From the NCBI RefSeq assembly GCF_004010195.1, contig NC_057719.1, positions 76,974,702-77,038,701 on the forward strand: a stretch of DNA of 64,000 bases. The letters run 5' to 3'. This stretch comes from Chiloscyllium plagiosum. Its lineage: Eukaryota. The stretch's first letter is position 1. Each line of letters begins with the position of its first letter. The position numbers and the translations under genes are program-made. The notes under the pieces were generated by a model. That model searched no databases, was not told the DNA's origin, and saw only the letters and a program-made list of their open reading frames with translations. This document shows positions 40,340 through 55,300 of this stretch, in pieces.

Positions 40340-41480
40340 TGAGGATATGGTGGGATGGGGGATTTAAAGATTAGGGGGCACATTTTTAAGGTGAGAAGGG
40401 AGAGATTTTAAAAAGACACAAGGCAAATGTTTTTTACAGAGGTGGTTTGAGTGTGGAATGAACTTCCTGAAGAAGTGGTGGATGCAGGCACCATTTACAA
40501 TATTTAAAAGACATTTGGATAGACACGTGCATAGGAATGGTTTGGAGGGATATGGTCCAGGAGCAGCTAGGTGGGACTAGTTTAATTTGGGATTATGTTT
40601 GGCATTGGTTGGATCAAAGGACCAGTTTCCATGCTGTGTGGGTCTATGATTCTATGACATGGTGTCTCCAATTTCCTGTTGACTGAAGCATAACCTCCTA
40701 CCTTTCATATATGATTTCCTTTTTCATAAAAAGCTATTAACTTTCCTAATTTCTTGCTGTGCATGCACATTAACCTTTTATGATTCATGCACTAGCGAGG
40801 GTAATCAGTTCGCCCTGCACCCCTGAGCTATGTGACCTCCTAATCAAAATACACAATTTCACATTTTTATACCCCCATTTGCCCATTTCTTTATAAAACC
40901 AAATTACTGCGGATGCTGGAATCTGAAACCAAGCTTTGATAAAGGGTCAGTTAGACTCGAAACGTCAGCTCTTTTCTCTCCTTACAGATGCTGCCAGACT
41001 TGCTGAGATTTTCCAGCATTTTCTCTTTTTTGGTGCCCATTTCTTTAACTTGTCTGTATTCCTTTGCAGCCACCTTATGTTCTCTTTAGAAATTGTTTAC
41101 CAGCCTATCTTTGTGTTATCAGCAAATTTAGAAGCCATAGCTTTGTTTCCTTCATTCAAATCACTTTTATGTAAATAGTAAAAACTTGAAGCCCCATGCA
41201 CTGAACCCTGTGGCACACCACTCCATCATGCCTCCCAAAAATACAATCCATTTACGCCTGATTTCTGTTTCCTGTTCAGGCCAATATGTTACTCACTATA
41301 CCATATGCTTTTATTTTCCACATTAACCATTTGAACATCTTATTAACGATCTTCTGTAAATCCCAGTGCATTTAGATCCACTGGTTCCCCTTTATCCACA
41401 GCACATATAACTATAATAAATTGTTGACTCTACCTGATTACCTTGAATTTTTCCAAGTGTCTTGGTATAGCCTCTTTTTC
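40340..41480. mobile_element. CR1 3' end (plus, 40340-40657) abutting a decayed minus CR1 (40660-41480)
   Basis: VWNELP and (ctatgat)n tail; minus strand gives KFADNTK. Confidence 0.7.
40894..41033. mobile_element. Short PLE-derived insertion with inverted 3' end
   Basis: Perfect 14-bp direct repeat TGCCCATTTCTTTA at 40880-40893 and 41034-41047; tgataaagggtc...gactcGAAACGTC core. Confidence 0.75.
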
Positions 41481-41689
41481 CAAAAAGCTTCTAACTAAAA
41501 CAGAATATTTTAATTTTTAAGTGATTGTAAAAAACTGGGATCCTAGTGTCTCATGTCTGTCTGTATGCTGGTTCGTTTCTGCAGCACTTATTTTCTGAAA
41601 ATAATTGGCTGTCTTGATTGCAGTTGGCAATCCGACAGCCCCACATTAGAATTGAAATTGTCGAAAGTAGGAATTCGTTATTTTTTAAC

Positions 41690-44390
41690 ATAGGAACATA
41701 GAATATAGGAGCAGGAGTAGACCATTCAACCCTTTGAGCTTGTTTCGAATATTAATTATGACGTAGCTGATCATTGAGCTCCATACCCTTATCACACTAT
41801 TCAGCCCCAGCCCCCTTCAACATTTCCCTTGAACCCTTAAGTCACAAGAGCCATATCTACCTCCTTCTTGGAAGCACACAATGTTTTGGTCTCAACCACT
41901 TCCTGTGGTAGTGAATTCCACAGGCTTACCACACTCTGGGTGAAGACATTTCTCATTTCAGTTCCAAAAGATTTATTTCTTATCCTTAAGCTATGACTCC
42001 AGTTTCTGGGCTCCCCTTTTTCAGGAACATCCTTTTTGTGTCTAACTTGTCTGACTGTTAGAATTTTACAAGGTTCTGTAAGGTCACCTTGTTCTTCTAA
42101 ACTCCAGTGAATATAAATCCTAGCTGACCCAATTTCTCCTCATGTGTAATCCTACCATCCCAGGAATCCATTTGGTAAACCTTCGATGCACTCTCTCCAA
42201 AGCTAAAGCATCCTTCCTCGGATAAGGAGACCAAAACTGTACACACTATTCCAGCTGTGCCCTCACCACTGTCCTGTATAATTTTTAGAAATCCACTTTA
42301 ATGGGATGTGGGCATCGCTGGCTGGCCAGCATTTATTGCCTGTCCCTAGTTGCCCTTGAGGAGGTGGTGGTAAGCTGCCTTCTTGAACCGCTGCAGTCCA
42401 CCTGCTGTGGATTGGCCCACAATGCTATTGGGGAGGGAATTCTATGATTTTGACTGAGTAACAGTGAAGGAATGGAAATATATTTCCAAATCAGGTTAGT
42501 GCAGGCTTGGAGGGTAGGTTGAAGGTGGTGGTGTTCTCACATAGCTGCTACCCTTGTCCTTCCAGATGGAAGTGGTCATGGCTGTTTGAGGTTCTTTGGT
42601 GAATTTCTACATTGCAACTTGAGTATAGTCCACACTCCTGCTATTGAGCGTCAGTGGTGGAGGAAGTAGATGTTGAGCCAATCAAGTGGGCTGCTTTACC
42701 CTGGATGGTGTCAAGCTTCTTGAGAGTTAGAGTCATGGACAAAGGGTCCTACAGCACAAAGACCCAAACTAGTTTAAGCTGACCAAAATGTCCATCCATG
42801 CTAGCCTCATTTCTCTGCACTTGGCCCATGTCCTTATAAACCTTTCCTATCCATGTATTTATCCAAATACTTTTTAAATGCTGTTTATGTACCTGCCTCT
42901 ACCACTTCTGCTGGCAGTTCTTTCCATAAGCGTACCACTTTCTGTGTGTAAAAAAAAAAAAAGTTGCCTCCACAGGTTCCCTTTTATTCTTTCCCCTCTA
43001 ACCTTAAAATTATGCTCTTTAATCCTTGACTCCCCAACTCTGGAGAAAAGACTTGGTGCAATCGCCCTATCCATGCCTCTCATGATATTATACATTTCTA
43101 TACGAATCCCCCCCCCCCCCCCCCGAGTCTTCACGCTCTGAAGAAAAAGGTCCTAGCTTGTCCAAGCTCCCCCTATAACTCAGATCCCCGAGTTCTGGAA
43201 ACATCCTTGTAAATTTCTTCTGTACTCTTTCAGTTTAATAATATCCTTCCTATAGCAAGGTGACCAAAATTGAACACAATACTCAGCAAGTGCGGCCTCA
43301 CCAATGTCCTGTACAACTGCAACATAACTTCTGTACTTACAATTTCTATATTCGGTGCCCTGACTGTGAAGGCCAGTATGCCAAAAGCAGCCTTCACTGT
43401 CTTGCCTACCTGCGTCTCCACTTCCAGAGAACTGTGCACCTGAAATCCAAGGTCATTTTGTTCCACTCTGCTCCTTAAGGCCCTACCATTCACCATGAAA
43501 CTCCTACCTTGATTTGACTTTCCAAAATGCAAGACCTCACACTTATGATCTATATTAAATTCTATTTGTCATTTCTCAGCTCACTTTCCCAGCTGATCAA
43601 GGTCCTGCTGCAATTTCTGATAACCTTCCTCACTGTTCATGATACTGCCTATTTTAATGTCAACTGAAAATCTTGGCAATCATGCATTGTTTGTTCTCAT
43701 CCAAATCATTGATATAGATAACAAACTGCAATGGGCCCCAGCACAGACCCTTGAGGCACTCCACTAGTTACAGGCCTCCAGTCCGAGAAGCATCCTTCCA
43801 CTATTACCATCACACTTTGTGCCTTGTAGATCGTGGGCAGGGTTTGAAGAGTCAGGAAGTGAGTTACTCGCTGCAGTATTCAGAGCTCTGACCTGTTCTT
43901 GTAATCACTGCATTTAAGTGGTGAGTCTGTTGAGTTTCTGATCAATGGTAACTCCTAGGATGTTGATAGTGGGGAATTCAGTGATGGTAACATCATTGAA
44001 TTGCAGCAAGTTGTCCTTATTCCTGTAATTGAATCCTCTCGCCATGAAGGCCAATATACAGTTTGCCTTCTTTACTGTCTGCTGCACCTGAACACTTATT
44101 TTTATTATCTGGTTCACGAGGATGCTCGGGTCTCATTGAATATTACCCCTCCGCCCCTCTAAATTTATGACCGTTCAAATAATAATCTGCCTCCTTGTTT
44201 TTTGTACCAATATGAATAACCTCACATTTATCCACTTTATACTGCATCTGTCATGCATTTGCCCACTTGGTGTCCAAATCACACTGCAACATCTCTGCTT
44301 CCTTCTTACAGCTCATTCTTCAACCCAGATTTGTCATCTGCACATTTTCAGGTATTACATTTAGTTCCTTCATCTAAAATATCAACATAT
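41690..44390 (-). mobile_element. Nested LINE stack: CR1 (41690-42283 + 44003-44390) > second LINE family (42290-42725 + 43812-44002) > CR1 (42726-43810)
   Basis: The outer element rejoins as gtcctgtataatt|gcagcaag; ORF 43914..44117 is a chimera of two families. Confidence 0.75.
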
Positions 44391-46829
44391 GTTGTTTTTG
44401 TATTCGTATTGTTGTATTTACTATTACAGATTGGTTATTAGGCAGAATTAAATGGGATGTTTTCTCCCAGATCACTGCTAAATACTTACTCAAAGCATTG
44501 TTTTTTTCATTAATGCTGCAAATAGCTGACACTCATTACATGGGAATTGTAAGGAATATGTGATTTGTTGTGCCGAAAAGACTTCCTATGTTTTGCTTTG
44601 GGAGTAAAAGATGCATTTTTAAAATAAAGATACGTTTTCTTCATTTTAGTCCCAATTCACTACCGAAGGTACAGATTGAAGTATGATTCCGTTTATACTG
44701 ATCTAGCATTTTGAGTGAGTGTATTTTTAATTTCTTTTTGGATGATGTTGGCAGGACTGCATTTATTACCTATCCTTAGTTTATCTGAGAGGGTTCTGTT
44801 TGGTCTTCTACATGGAGTGCTGTTGTCCTTGAGTACACAAGGTAGTGTTGCGATTTTTCTATTTGCTGATGACAGTTTTCAGGGTTGGTCTATGCTGTTG
44901 CAGGGAGCTTGGGGAATTGCTGTATTTCATCCTATAGATAATAAGGGTTAGTATTGACCGACTGAAACATGAGGACATAAGATGGTGAAATACATCATTG
45001 TCCATGTTCTATTAAGTGCAGTGTCTAAGCATGTATCCTTCAAGAGAAATCATGGGACAGCGATCAGAATCTGAATTCCTAGTTGCTTCATGTAACACAG
45101 GCACGAGCTCTTCTTCCCCATCTTTCTCTTCCTAGTTTGATATATTACGGTTAGCATTAATGTCCCAAATTGCTCAGCTTACACAGCATTGTCTTGCGTT
45201 TCAACCTGAATACCTCAAGTTCTTGATGTTTCATTAATATGCAAGGAAGAGGAGTTAATAAGGAACAGTGGATGGAGCGTTAATTGGGAAATGAGTGGAT
45301 GTTGGGGAGAATAGTGTGTAAATTAATTTTAATATAATAGAATGAAAAGGAACTGTTTGTGTATTGAGCCACTTGCTGCTTTATGCCAGTCATTCATTGA
45401 ATCAGATCAGAAATCTGTTGTATTGAAACTCTGTTTACAGATATAAACTAAATAAATTCTATCACCTAACTTTACTGGTTTCAGGTAATTCCATTTTTTT
45501 CTGAGGTTTGATGCTTTGATCAATGGGTATATCATAACTTCAAATCTACCTGAACATATCTATCCTTGCATAATGACTATTTTGGTGGTACAGTACATTA
45601 GAATAATATACCAATGACGTTGTGGAGGGTCTACATGCAGTGTCTTGATTGCAAGTTTAATATATGTAAATACATTATTATAGCACATCCAGTAAGCATT
45701 CTACAATTGAATAATCATTTTCCATTTCATTAATATTTAGTTTAATTATTTTTTTCACCAAATCCATGAGACAGTTTTTGGGTTATTTTTCATATTTGAT
45801 TAACGTTTATATCCCTTTTTAGTTTGCCGTCAGGCGTATCTTTTGTGTAGAAGAGTACATTGGACAGTCAGTGCTCTCTGCTAATAAACACGAATACAGT
45901 ATAAGACTCAATTTGACTTTTGATTAATTTCAAACATCAGCTGCACTACTGTGAAAAGGTACTGAATCTAATTCTGACGTTTCCCCACTGAACATAGCAA
46001 ATAGTCAAAAACATTGTGCTCAACTTGCATAGCTCCTAGCAGTCAACTTCAGACTACATTAGCAAAGAACTGAGAGCAGCTGTCCAACTCCTCTTGGCAA
46101 TAGATGGTGCATAACAGTGGAAATTAGGTACAATGGAAAGAAACTGTGACATTGCCTAATAACCAGCTTTTAAATACTGAACTGAGGAGAGGAATAAAAA
46201 AAAGCAGAAGTGAAACGTAGCAAATCCTATATAAAAATGTCAAGACTGTCAGTGTTTTATTAGATTATTGATATGTAAGTCTCATTTTGATAAAATAGTT
46301 TTGGTATCCAGCAACTTAAAGACTTGCTGCCTATGTCAAAGGATCAGTTCTTTTCTATCTCAAACAAAGTGGCAGATCTTCAGTTAAGTCTCCTAGACTT
46401 AATAATAGTTGCCACCCAGCTAGTAAGGACAAATAAAATAAATTTTAAACCTGTTGTTACACATCCTAGGTATAGGAGGAACTGCTGAAATTGAGAAATA
46501 ATACTTCCATTTCTAAAATATGGCTTTGTCGTTCTGTTGATTTAAACATCCAAATAGAAATTATAGACAACTCAATGTTGTAAGTTGTAAAGTTGTATAC
46601 ATTACGGTTACGACTGATGTCACAGATTTACTTCTGATCAATCTGGTTTTGATTCAGCCCAAAGAGTCTGTCATACTATAAATTCAGAGTCGTATTGCAT
46701 AGTATGGTATTCCATTCTGGCTTTCCACCTGCTATAGAGTAATAACAGGATAGTTACGAATCTAAAATATTTCAAATTGCCAAAAAGTTGGATGCAACTT
46801 GCATTTTCAAATTACTAATTGCTTCCATA

Positions 46830-47195
46830 GTTTAACTCTGGTAGTGGTCTTACCTTTAAGTTAAAGACCATCAGTTCAAGCCCTACTCCAGGGACTTCAT
46901 ACTTAACTGCAGTATAATGAGGATGCTAAACTGTTGCCCTAACTGCCTCCTTCAGTGACCTAAAAGATCTCTCCAACCTACTTAAAGAAAAGCATTGGAG
47001 TTCCTATGGTATCCTGGCCAACATCTATCCTCAGTCAACATTACATAAGCAAGTTATCAAGCTATTATCTTGCAGTGCACAATTTGGCTACTTAGCTTCC
47101 TTGTATTAAAAGGTTAAATGTACTTCATTGGCTGTGAAAGGGTAAAGGTTGACCTGAAGTCATGAAAAGTACTAGATAAATGAAAGTTCTTTCTT
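46830..47195 (+). mobile_element. Old Deu-domain SINE
   Basis: gttcaagccc B-box-like motif, gttcctatggtatcctggccaacatctatcctcagtcaac core, ataaatgaaagttctttc tail. Confidence 0.55.
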
Positions 47196-49424
47196 TAACA
47201 AATCAAAACTTTCAAATTACATCATTAAACCACGACAGATGAAGCTTGATCCGCTGTGTTTTGTAATTTGTTTTTCTCCCCTTTTCCCTGCACAGATTTT
47301 CCCTGCCATGCACCTTTACCAGCCAAGAGGACAAGCTGCCAGGCCTCTATCAATGCTGTCAAGCTGGGCACAAGGAGGTGTGTGAAAATGGCCCATGGTA
47401 ACTTGGTCCCATGAAACCCCACGCCACACCATTTCCCCCCCCAACCCACTCCTTCACCGCATCCCAAACCTTCAACCTCTGCTCATGTGAAAGTGCCTGA
47501 TTTCTGTTTTGCACCAACCCTATGATGGCACAGTTTGGCTTGTAAGGATGTTGATGTTTTCAAAGTTTAAGCAACTTTGAGAACCAATCCCTGATTGGAA
47601 TTTTTCTTTAAAATTACCTGTCGATTTTTCTTAAAACTAAATGTATGAAAGACATAATTACCAAGCTTAAAACTATATGTAGCTTATTTAAGGTCAACTT
47701 GGTGATGTTGAGTATTGCAATTGTAATAGTCAGTATCATAAAGTGGGGCAATGGAGGTTTGTTTCTCCTCCTCTAAGCATGGGTTTATGCTCTGAAAAGT
47801 GGATCAGTCATGTGACATCTGTGCTGAAGAGAGAAAATATCAGTGTTAGCAGTTTAAACGTCCGATCATCCTACTAAACAATGGCAGAGTTTGGGAGCGA
47901 GGCTGCCCAGCTGATCTTTGAGCAAAAAAAATTTTTGAATCCTGTAGGAATTATTGTGTATCAATTGTTTTTGGAAAGGATTGCAGTAGAAGTTCTGTAT
48001 TTGATTTACCCACACTCTTTAACATGCAGTAAATGCGTGTGCCTTCCACATAGATGCCAGATGATATTAACATTGACAAATCAACATGTATTGAATTACT
48101 AAAAAAGAGCATGCAGTAATCATTAGATCTTTATATATTGTATTAAAACATATGTAAATTAAGCAATTGAAATTGAGACAGTAGAGTATGTAGAGCATAG
48201 CTTCACTTAGACATTGCAGGGTTTGTAGAATTTCAAATACAAGAAAATCTTGAACAATAAGATGTCTTTTATTCAAACTGACATTAGGGTGTGAGTTTAC
48301 AGGTGAGCTTCATTTATGAATAATGGGGCAAAACCGATAGAAACCAACCTGTTGGTTGAAGATTTGTGAATATGCGGCATAGTCCTAAGATCAAATGTAA
48401 GGGAGTCAGGACAGAGCTGTAGATAAGATTTTTACATGTTGCAAACCACAGCGTGCTCTGCCTGTTTCTGAGAAATCGAGTTTATAATCTATTTTTACAT
48501 GATGCCTTGGCTTCTAGTTGTTGTGTTCCAATTCATTTCTGAGATGTAAGCATCATTGACTGAACCAGCTTTGATTGCCCATCCCTAGTTTTATTTTGAA
48601 CTGCAACAGTCCGTTTGGTGTCGATACACCCATAATGTTAGAAAGGGAGTTCCAGGATTTTGACCCATGAACACTGACAGAATGGTGATATGGTTATCAG
48701 GGAAGTTGAAATATCATTTCATATTAAATCATTGCAGCTGCTCCAAGACTCATGGGTTGAAATAAGGTGATTGAAAGAGAAATAAAAAGACAAATGGGAT
48801 TTCTTCTTGAGGCCAAAATTAAGAAAGAAAATTGTGATCTCCAGGTAGTAGGATGATCGTTTTATTTTTCCCTTGCAGTGAGAGATAAGGGGAATTATTT
48901 TTACACAAAGTTGTTCCACCTTGACTTCCATTTCCATATAGCTCATAGGGGAGGCTATTTAAGATTAAAAGGGTGGTGAATAAATTAAATTTTGAAAAGA
49001 TAAAAAAATTGGAATAAAATTAGAATACTGAAAGGCAGTTTCTCAAAGTGGTGGCTGTGACTAGCAGAGTTCTCAGAGGTCTCTTGCATAAACGTCAATA
49101 TTTCCATGTATTGCTCAACAAAGTAATGTCCAAATATTGCATATGTGAGTACGACAAAAAGCAGGGTAAATAATTCTGAAGACTCAAGGAAGCTTCAAAT
49201 ACATATTTATGATGAAGGGGTGAAGTAATGTCGGATGGAATTCATTGTCTGGCAGTGACGTGACAGATTTTGGTGATAACTAAAAGTGCTGTTTATATTT
49301 TGAATGAAGACAGATTTGGAAGAGTGGTGAGTTTTTTTTATTTAGTTCACAAAACCTGAACAGCATGACTGGGATTTGTAACAAGACATATTGAATAGAA
49401 AAGTTAACACTTTTTTTATCCAAG

Positions 49425-50388
49425 AAGGATTGGTTCTGGGTCCACCGCTTACTGTCATTTATATAAATGATTTGAATGTGAATATAGGAGGTATGGTTCG
49501 TAAGTTTGCAGATAACACCAAAATTGGAGGTGTAGTGGACAGCGAAGAAGGGTACCTCAGAGTACAATGGGATCTTGATCAAATGGGCCAATGAGCTGAG
49601 GAGTGGTAGATGGAGTTTAATTTAAATAAATGTGAGGTGCTGGATTTTGGAAAGGCAAATTAGGGCAGGACTTGAGCATTTAATGATCAAGTCCTGAGGA
49701 GTGTCGCTGAACAAAGAGACCTTGGAGTGCAGGTTCATAGTTCCTTGAAAGTGGAGTCATAGGTAGATAGGATAGTGAAGAAGGCATGTGGTATGCTTCC
49801 CTTAATGTTCACTGCATTGAGTACAGGAGTTGGGAGGTTGTGTTGAGGCTGTACAGGACATTAGTTAGGTCACTTTTGGAATATTGCATGCAATTCTGGC
49901 CTCCAGAATGTTGTGAAACTTGAAAGGGTTCAGAAAAGATTTCCAAGGATGTTGCTAGGGTTGGAGGGTTTGAGCTATAGGGAGAGGTTGAATAGGCTGG
50001 GACTGTTTTCCCTGGACTGTCGGAGGCTGAAGGGTGACTTTATAAAAGTTTATAAAATCTTGAGAGACGTGGATAAGGTGAATAGCCAAGGTCTTTTCCC
50101 TGGGGTGGCGGAATTCAAAACTAGAGGGCTTAGATTTAAGGGGAAAGGTTTAAAAGGGACCTAAGGAGCAGCTTTTTCCACAGAGGAATGGGATACGTCC
50201 CAGCGGAAGTGGTGGAGGCTGGCACAATTACAGCATTTGAAACGCATCTGGATGAGTATGTGAATAGGAAGGGTTCAGAGAGATATGGGCCAAATGCTGG
50301 CAATTGGACTAGTTTATGATATCTGGTCGGCATGGACAAGTTGGACCAAAGGGTCTGATTCTGTGCTATGCACCTCTATGACTCTATT
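49425..50388 (+). mobile_element. CR1 LINE 3' fragment (within older CR1 debris ~48750-51350)
   Basis: YINDL...KFADNTKIGG and LERVQKRF motifs; ctctatgactctat tail. Confidence 0.92.
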
Positions 50389-52659
50389 CATGTAAAATCT
50401 TGGTAAGACTGTAATTGAAGTAATGGGTGCAATTTTAACTATAAGAAAGACTTGAGACAATATCACAGATTCAAGGACGTTTTATAGTGTAGAAGAAGCT
50501 ATTTGACCCACCAGTATGCCTGAACTGTCCTGTTCAATGGGCATGATTATGTAGTGCTAATCTTCTGCTTTTCCCTCATACCCTTGGAGATTGCTTTCAT
50601 CCAAACAATTTTACAATGCCCTCTTGAATAATTCATTTGAACCTGCCTCTACCACGATACCAGGTGATACATTCCACACCCCAGCTGCACACTGAGTGAA
50701 AACATTTCCTCACCTAATCCTCACTTCTTTTGAAGATCACTTTAAATCTGTTTCCACCTCTTCTTATTATTTTTATGAACTGGGCACAGTTTCTTCTGTC
50801 TACTCTATCCAGTCTGTTCGCAATTCTGAAAGCATCTGTCGAGTCTCCTCTTTGCTGCCTTCTCTTCACAAACTGAGCCATCTTCTTCACTCTGTCCTCA
50901 TAACTGAAGTTCTTATTCCTGGAACCATTCTTGTAACAAGAGGCAGTAAAGAAGGTACAGCATAGATTCATGTGGATATTGAAGACCTTAGAGGAATACA
51001 AACACAAAAAGACTTGGAAAAATTGAGTTGTAGAACATAAAGAAACCAACTGTTCCGGATTGCTGAATAAAAGGGCATGCTCATAAGATCAAATGTGAGG
51101 AAATGTTAGAGCTTGGAGGAACATTTTTACATCATATATTCCATTGCCATATGATCTTCAATTGGGTTTGTTAAATAGAGCAGTGAACATGTCACCATTT
51201 AAGAATAGGTTAGATAAGTGGTTGAAGGACTGAGTGATTAATTGGTGCATACAGTGGGCCCATGGGATTAGATCTATGATTTATACAGTGAATAAACATC
51301 AACACCAATTGGTTGGGATGAACAGAACGTTTTAATTTTAGAATTTGTATGTGATTCTGTCAGTTTACTGTAACACCAACTTTCACTTAAACAGCACCTT
51401 AAATATATTTAAGCATCCAAAGCGCTTGGGCATGTGATCAAAATTTGACTGATCCAAAAAATGAGATGTAAAGACAGGGAGCAAAAGCAGGGTCAAAGAG
51501 GTGTGTTTTAGGGAATATCTTAAAGGAAGAGAAGATCGGTCCAGAAATAGAAAGACTTTGGATTGGAATTCTGGGACTTCGGGCCAAGGGTAGTTGAAGA
51601 TATGGCTGCCAATAGAGGATCTGGAGATTCAGGATGCGAAAGGGGCCAGAATTAGAGGAGCATGGAATGTTGAAGGACTAGAGGAGATTGTAGAGGTCTA
51701 AAGCTATAGAGGGATTTGAAAAGAAAAATAGGAAGGACATATCCAGCTGAATGTTAAAGGAAGAGCATTGGAAGGGTTAAGTGCCTTAAAGAGTGGTCAT
51801 CTTCCCTGGCCATATTGTCTTCCATGACTTTGATTTTGAAAAAGTGCTCCAAATCAGGAATCATAAAAATAAATAAAATTAAAACCATTTTTAATGGATT
51901 ACCCGAGTCCATAACCAGAAAGAACAGATTTATGGACATTGACAAAAAAAACCTGAAGCGACATACATAATAGCTTCTTTAATACAGTGAGAGGATAGGA
52001 TTCCGAATGAATTCCTCATTTTGTGGTGAAACAAATTTTAATCACAACATTCAAAAGGGAATTGGATTCATCCTTGAAGGAAAGCACCAAAGATATATGA
52101 AGAAAGCAGGTGAATGGAACCAGCTATTCAAAGGAACTGGCAGGGACCTGAAGGGTAAAATAGTCTCCTATACTTTTCTGTGCAAAAACTATTTCAGTCA
52201 ACTTGGAAACCTGACTGGAGGTGTTCAAACATGGAATTGAACAAAACCATAAATTTGGGAGGTGACAACATGTTCAAAGAATTTGAAGTGTAAAGGAAAG
52301 TTGGAGATGGTAATTAATGTCGATGCAGGAGGTAGATTTTGTGATTAGTCAAAACAAATGAAGTATAAAATGAACAAAGTGGACTTCCATTTATGTAGTG
52401 TTTATCATCACCTCACAACAGCCCAAGTGCTTTCCAGTCAATGAAATAAATTTGCGTTGCAGCCCCTGTTGTCATTTTGGCAATATGGTGGACAATTTGC
52501 ATGTCATAATGTCCCACAAACAGTGTGTGATAATGAGCTGGCAACCACTTTGAGTTGGCTGAAGGATAATTATTGGAAAGACACTAAAGAGATGAACTAT
52601 AACCTTGCAAAGTGCACATTGCAGTGTTGTGGAGAAGCTTTAATCAAAACTTTACTTGA

Positions 52660-52878
<219 letters not shown>

Positions 52879-54359
52879 TGAACACAGCTTTAAAATTCAA
52901 GAATTAAAATTAAATTTGTTCTTAACATTTTTCTTGTTCCAACTTGCAGAATTACGTTTTAATATCTATAGCATGTAACATATGAAATACCATCACCAAG
53001 TTATCTCTGATTCTAGTGTCATGACGACCAGGCATGTATTCCACATGTTTAGTGAACTATAGATTAATAAACTTGTGTAGCCCCCTTTTTATTTGTAATG
53101 ACTTAAATTAAAGCAGATTGAGAGTTGAGCTTTTGTTTAAACAGGTTAAAGGTTAGTTTTTAACAAGTCATAGCCCTGGAGGTTGCTTGGGTGGGAAAAT
53201 TGAATAAAGCTATTAACAAGGAATCACAAGATGCAGAGACAAAAGCAAGTAAAGATAAGACAAATGAATGCTTAAGAGAAAGAAATCTCATATACATTGG
53301 GACCCATCGCATAAGTTCATTTTTGTTGGAATGAAGAGGTGGGCGCTTGAAGTCAGAATCAGAAGCAAGTTAGTGTTGGACAGGTGGATCACCATGACTA
53401 GAATGAGACAATGTTCTATGTTCTTCACTAGTTCTGTGGTTTGGCACTTGTGTATTTCTACTTCAACAGAACAAGATCAGGTTTTCACATCTTTTTACTC
53501 TTTGTCCTCCCTTGGTTAAAAACCCCTCTTTCTTAAAGGGACCATCTTGGAGTTCTGCATACCTGCTGTTCTTATATTTCTACATGCAGGCCAATGAATC
53601 AATGTGGTGATATGTTAATTTTGAGGCATCAAGGGTTCCACAAAGCAAAGAAGTCAATAATGCTCAGTGATTTGGTCTCTCCTTCTGTTTCTTCTTGCTC
53701 TCCAAAGGAATTCTCACTACTCCATTGTCTGTTTGCAAGCCCCCAGATACGTCAAGGGTCTTGACATTTCTAAGCATGTATTTCTGAAATCCTTTTAAAG
53801 TTAGTAGTTGTACTGTGAGGTGCTTTGTAGCAGCCATTTTTGTTTTCGTTTGCTGTGTTCAGTTTGAGACAGTTTTAAATTATGTTATAACTCCTTTGGT
53901 CATAATCTTAAACTCAAAAAAAGTGGATCAAACAAAAATGAAATTCTTGATTTTGGCTTACTTTTCTCAATGGTATTTAGACATTATATTGAAGGCAGTA
54001 TTGATTTCTCATATTTGAAAAAGATGCCTGAAAAGTACATCCACTGTCTGTTAAAATGAGAAGATTTTTATGATTTCAACTGCAAAATTGTTCATGTTAA
54101 GTCTGCACGAGTGCCACCTAGATAACAACTGCTTAATTATGTATTGAATCTAGAAGATTGTTAGTATATCATCTTATACAGTGGGTATGAGTTTTGTAGT
54201 TCTTTACTTACCATTCAAAATTAGCTAAGTAAATAAGATGATAATTAGGAAATGGCTATGAGCAAGTTTAGATGATTGCTCTACTGGTGAAGTTGCATTA
54301 GCTAAAGTTGAAGCTTGAAATTCACAGCAAATTGATAAGTAAGTGGGCTGAACAATGGC

Positions 54360-55300
54360 AGACAAAGGACTTGCATCATGACAGTTATTCTGATCGGTAG
54401 GATATGAATTGTGAAGGTTTGTGTTGAGCTTTTCAACTGTTCAACATTTATTAATAGCATAAATGATGTGAGAGAACACCACGTAGTCATGTTTTCTGGT
54501 GACAAAGTTGAGATGAAAATATGAAATTGCAAAGGAATAGTAATAGGTAAAAGAGCTGGGAAAACCAAAACTCTGGCAAATGTGTAGTCAAGTGTAAAAT
54601 AATTTGCTTAAACTAAAAAAGGACAGACTAAATACATGCAAAATTGAGAACAACTAGAAATAGTCAAAGCCCAAGGAGACTTGAGAAGTGCATGTGTAAA
54701 GATGTAATGCATAGGGAAGCATGGAAAATAACCAATGAATCAAATGGAATGTTGGCCTTTTTTGGAATCTAGAATACAAGTCATGCAATGTAAATCTCTG
54801 ATTAAACTACACCAATAGTACTGTGAGCAGTTCTGGATACCATACATTTGAAAGGATATGTGAATGCAATATAAATTTACTAGAATGATGGTGGATTTTG
54901 AGGTTAAATTAAAGAATAAAAAATCTAGGTTGCATTTTTTAAATTTGAAAGGTTAACGAATGATTTGATTGATATTTTCAAGATCTTAAGGGGAATAGAT
55001 AGAGCAGACAGGGATAAAATATGATTTGCTGGAGGGAGAGCCGACAATTGGGGGTGTAGTCTCAGAAATAGAGACCGGCTTTGTAGCAGTTAGGATACGC
55101 TGCTTAATGGAATGATTGATTGAATTTGGAATTTCCCTCCACTGAGTGGCAGTTGGCACTCAGTCATTTGTTAATGTTGAACCCAAGAGCGATTTTTGCT
55201 AACCGCTAGTAATTAATAAGATATATAATGAGGCAAAGTAGGGCATATGGAGTTGGACTCAGTTCAGCTATGATCTCATTGAAATAGGTTTTGCGAATGC
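54360..55300 (+). mobile_element. Highly decayed CR1 fragment
   Basis: Residual tactgtgagcagttctgg and gatttgattga...ttttcaagatctt motifs. Confidence 0.5.

Noticed and set aside
47380..47415. RFX X-box-like motif (gcccatggtaac) in a GC-richer patch
   Set aside because: Only a partial match, expected by chance in 64 kb.
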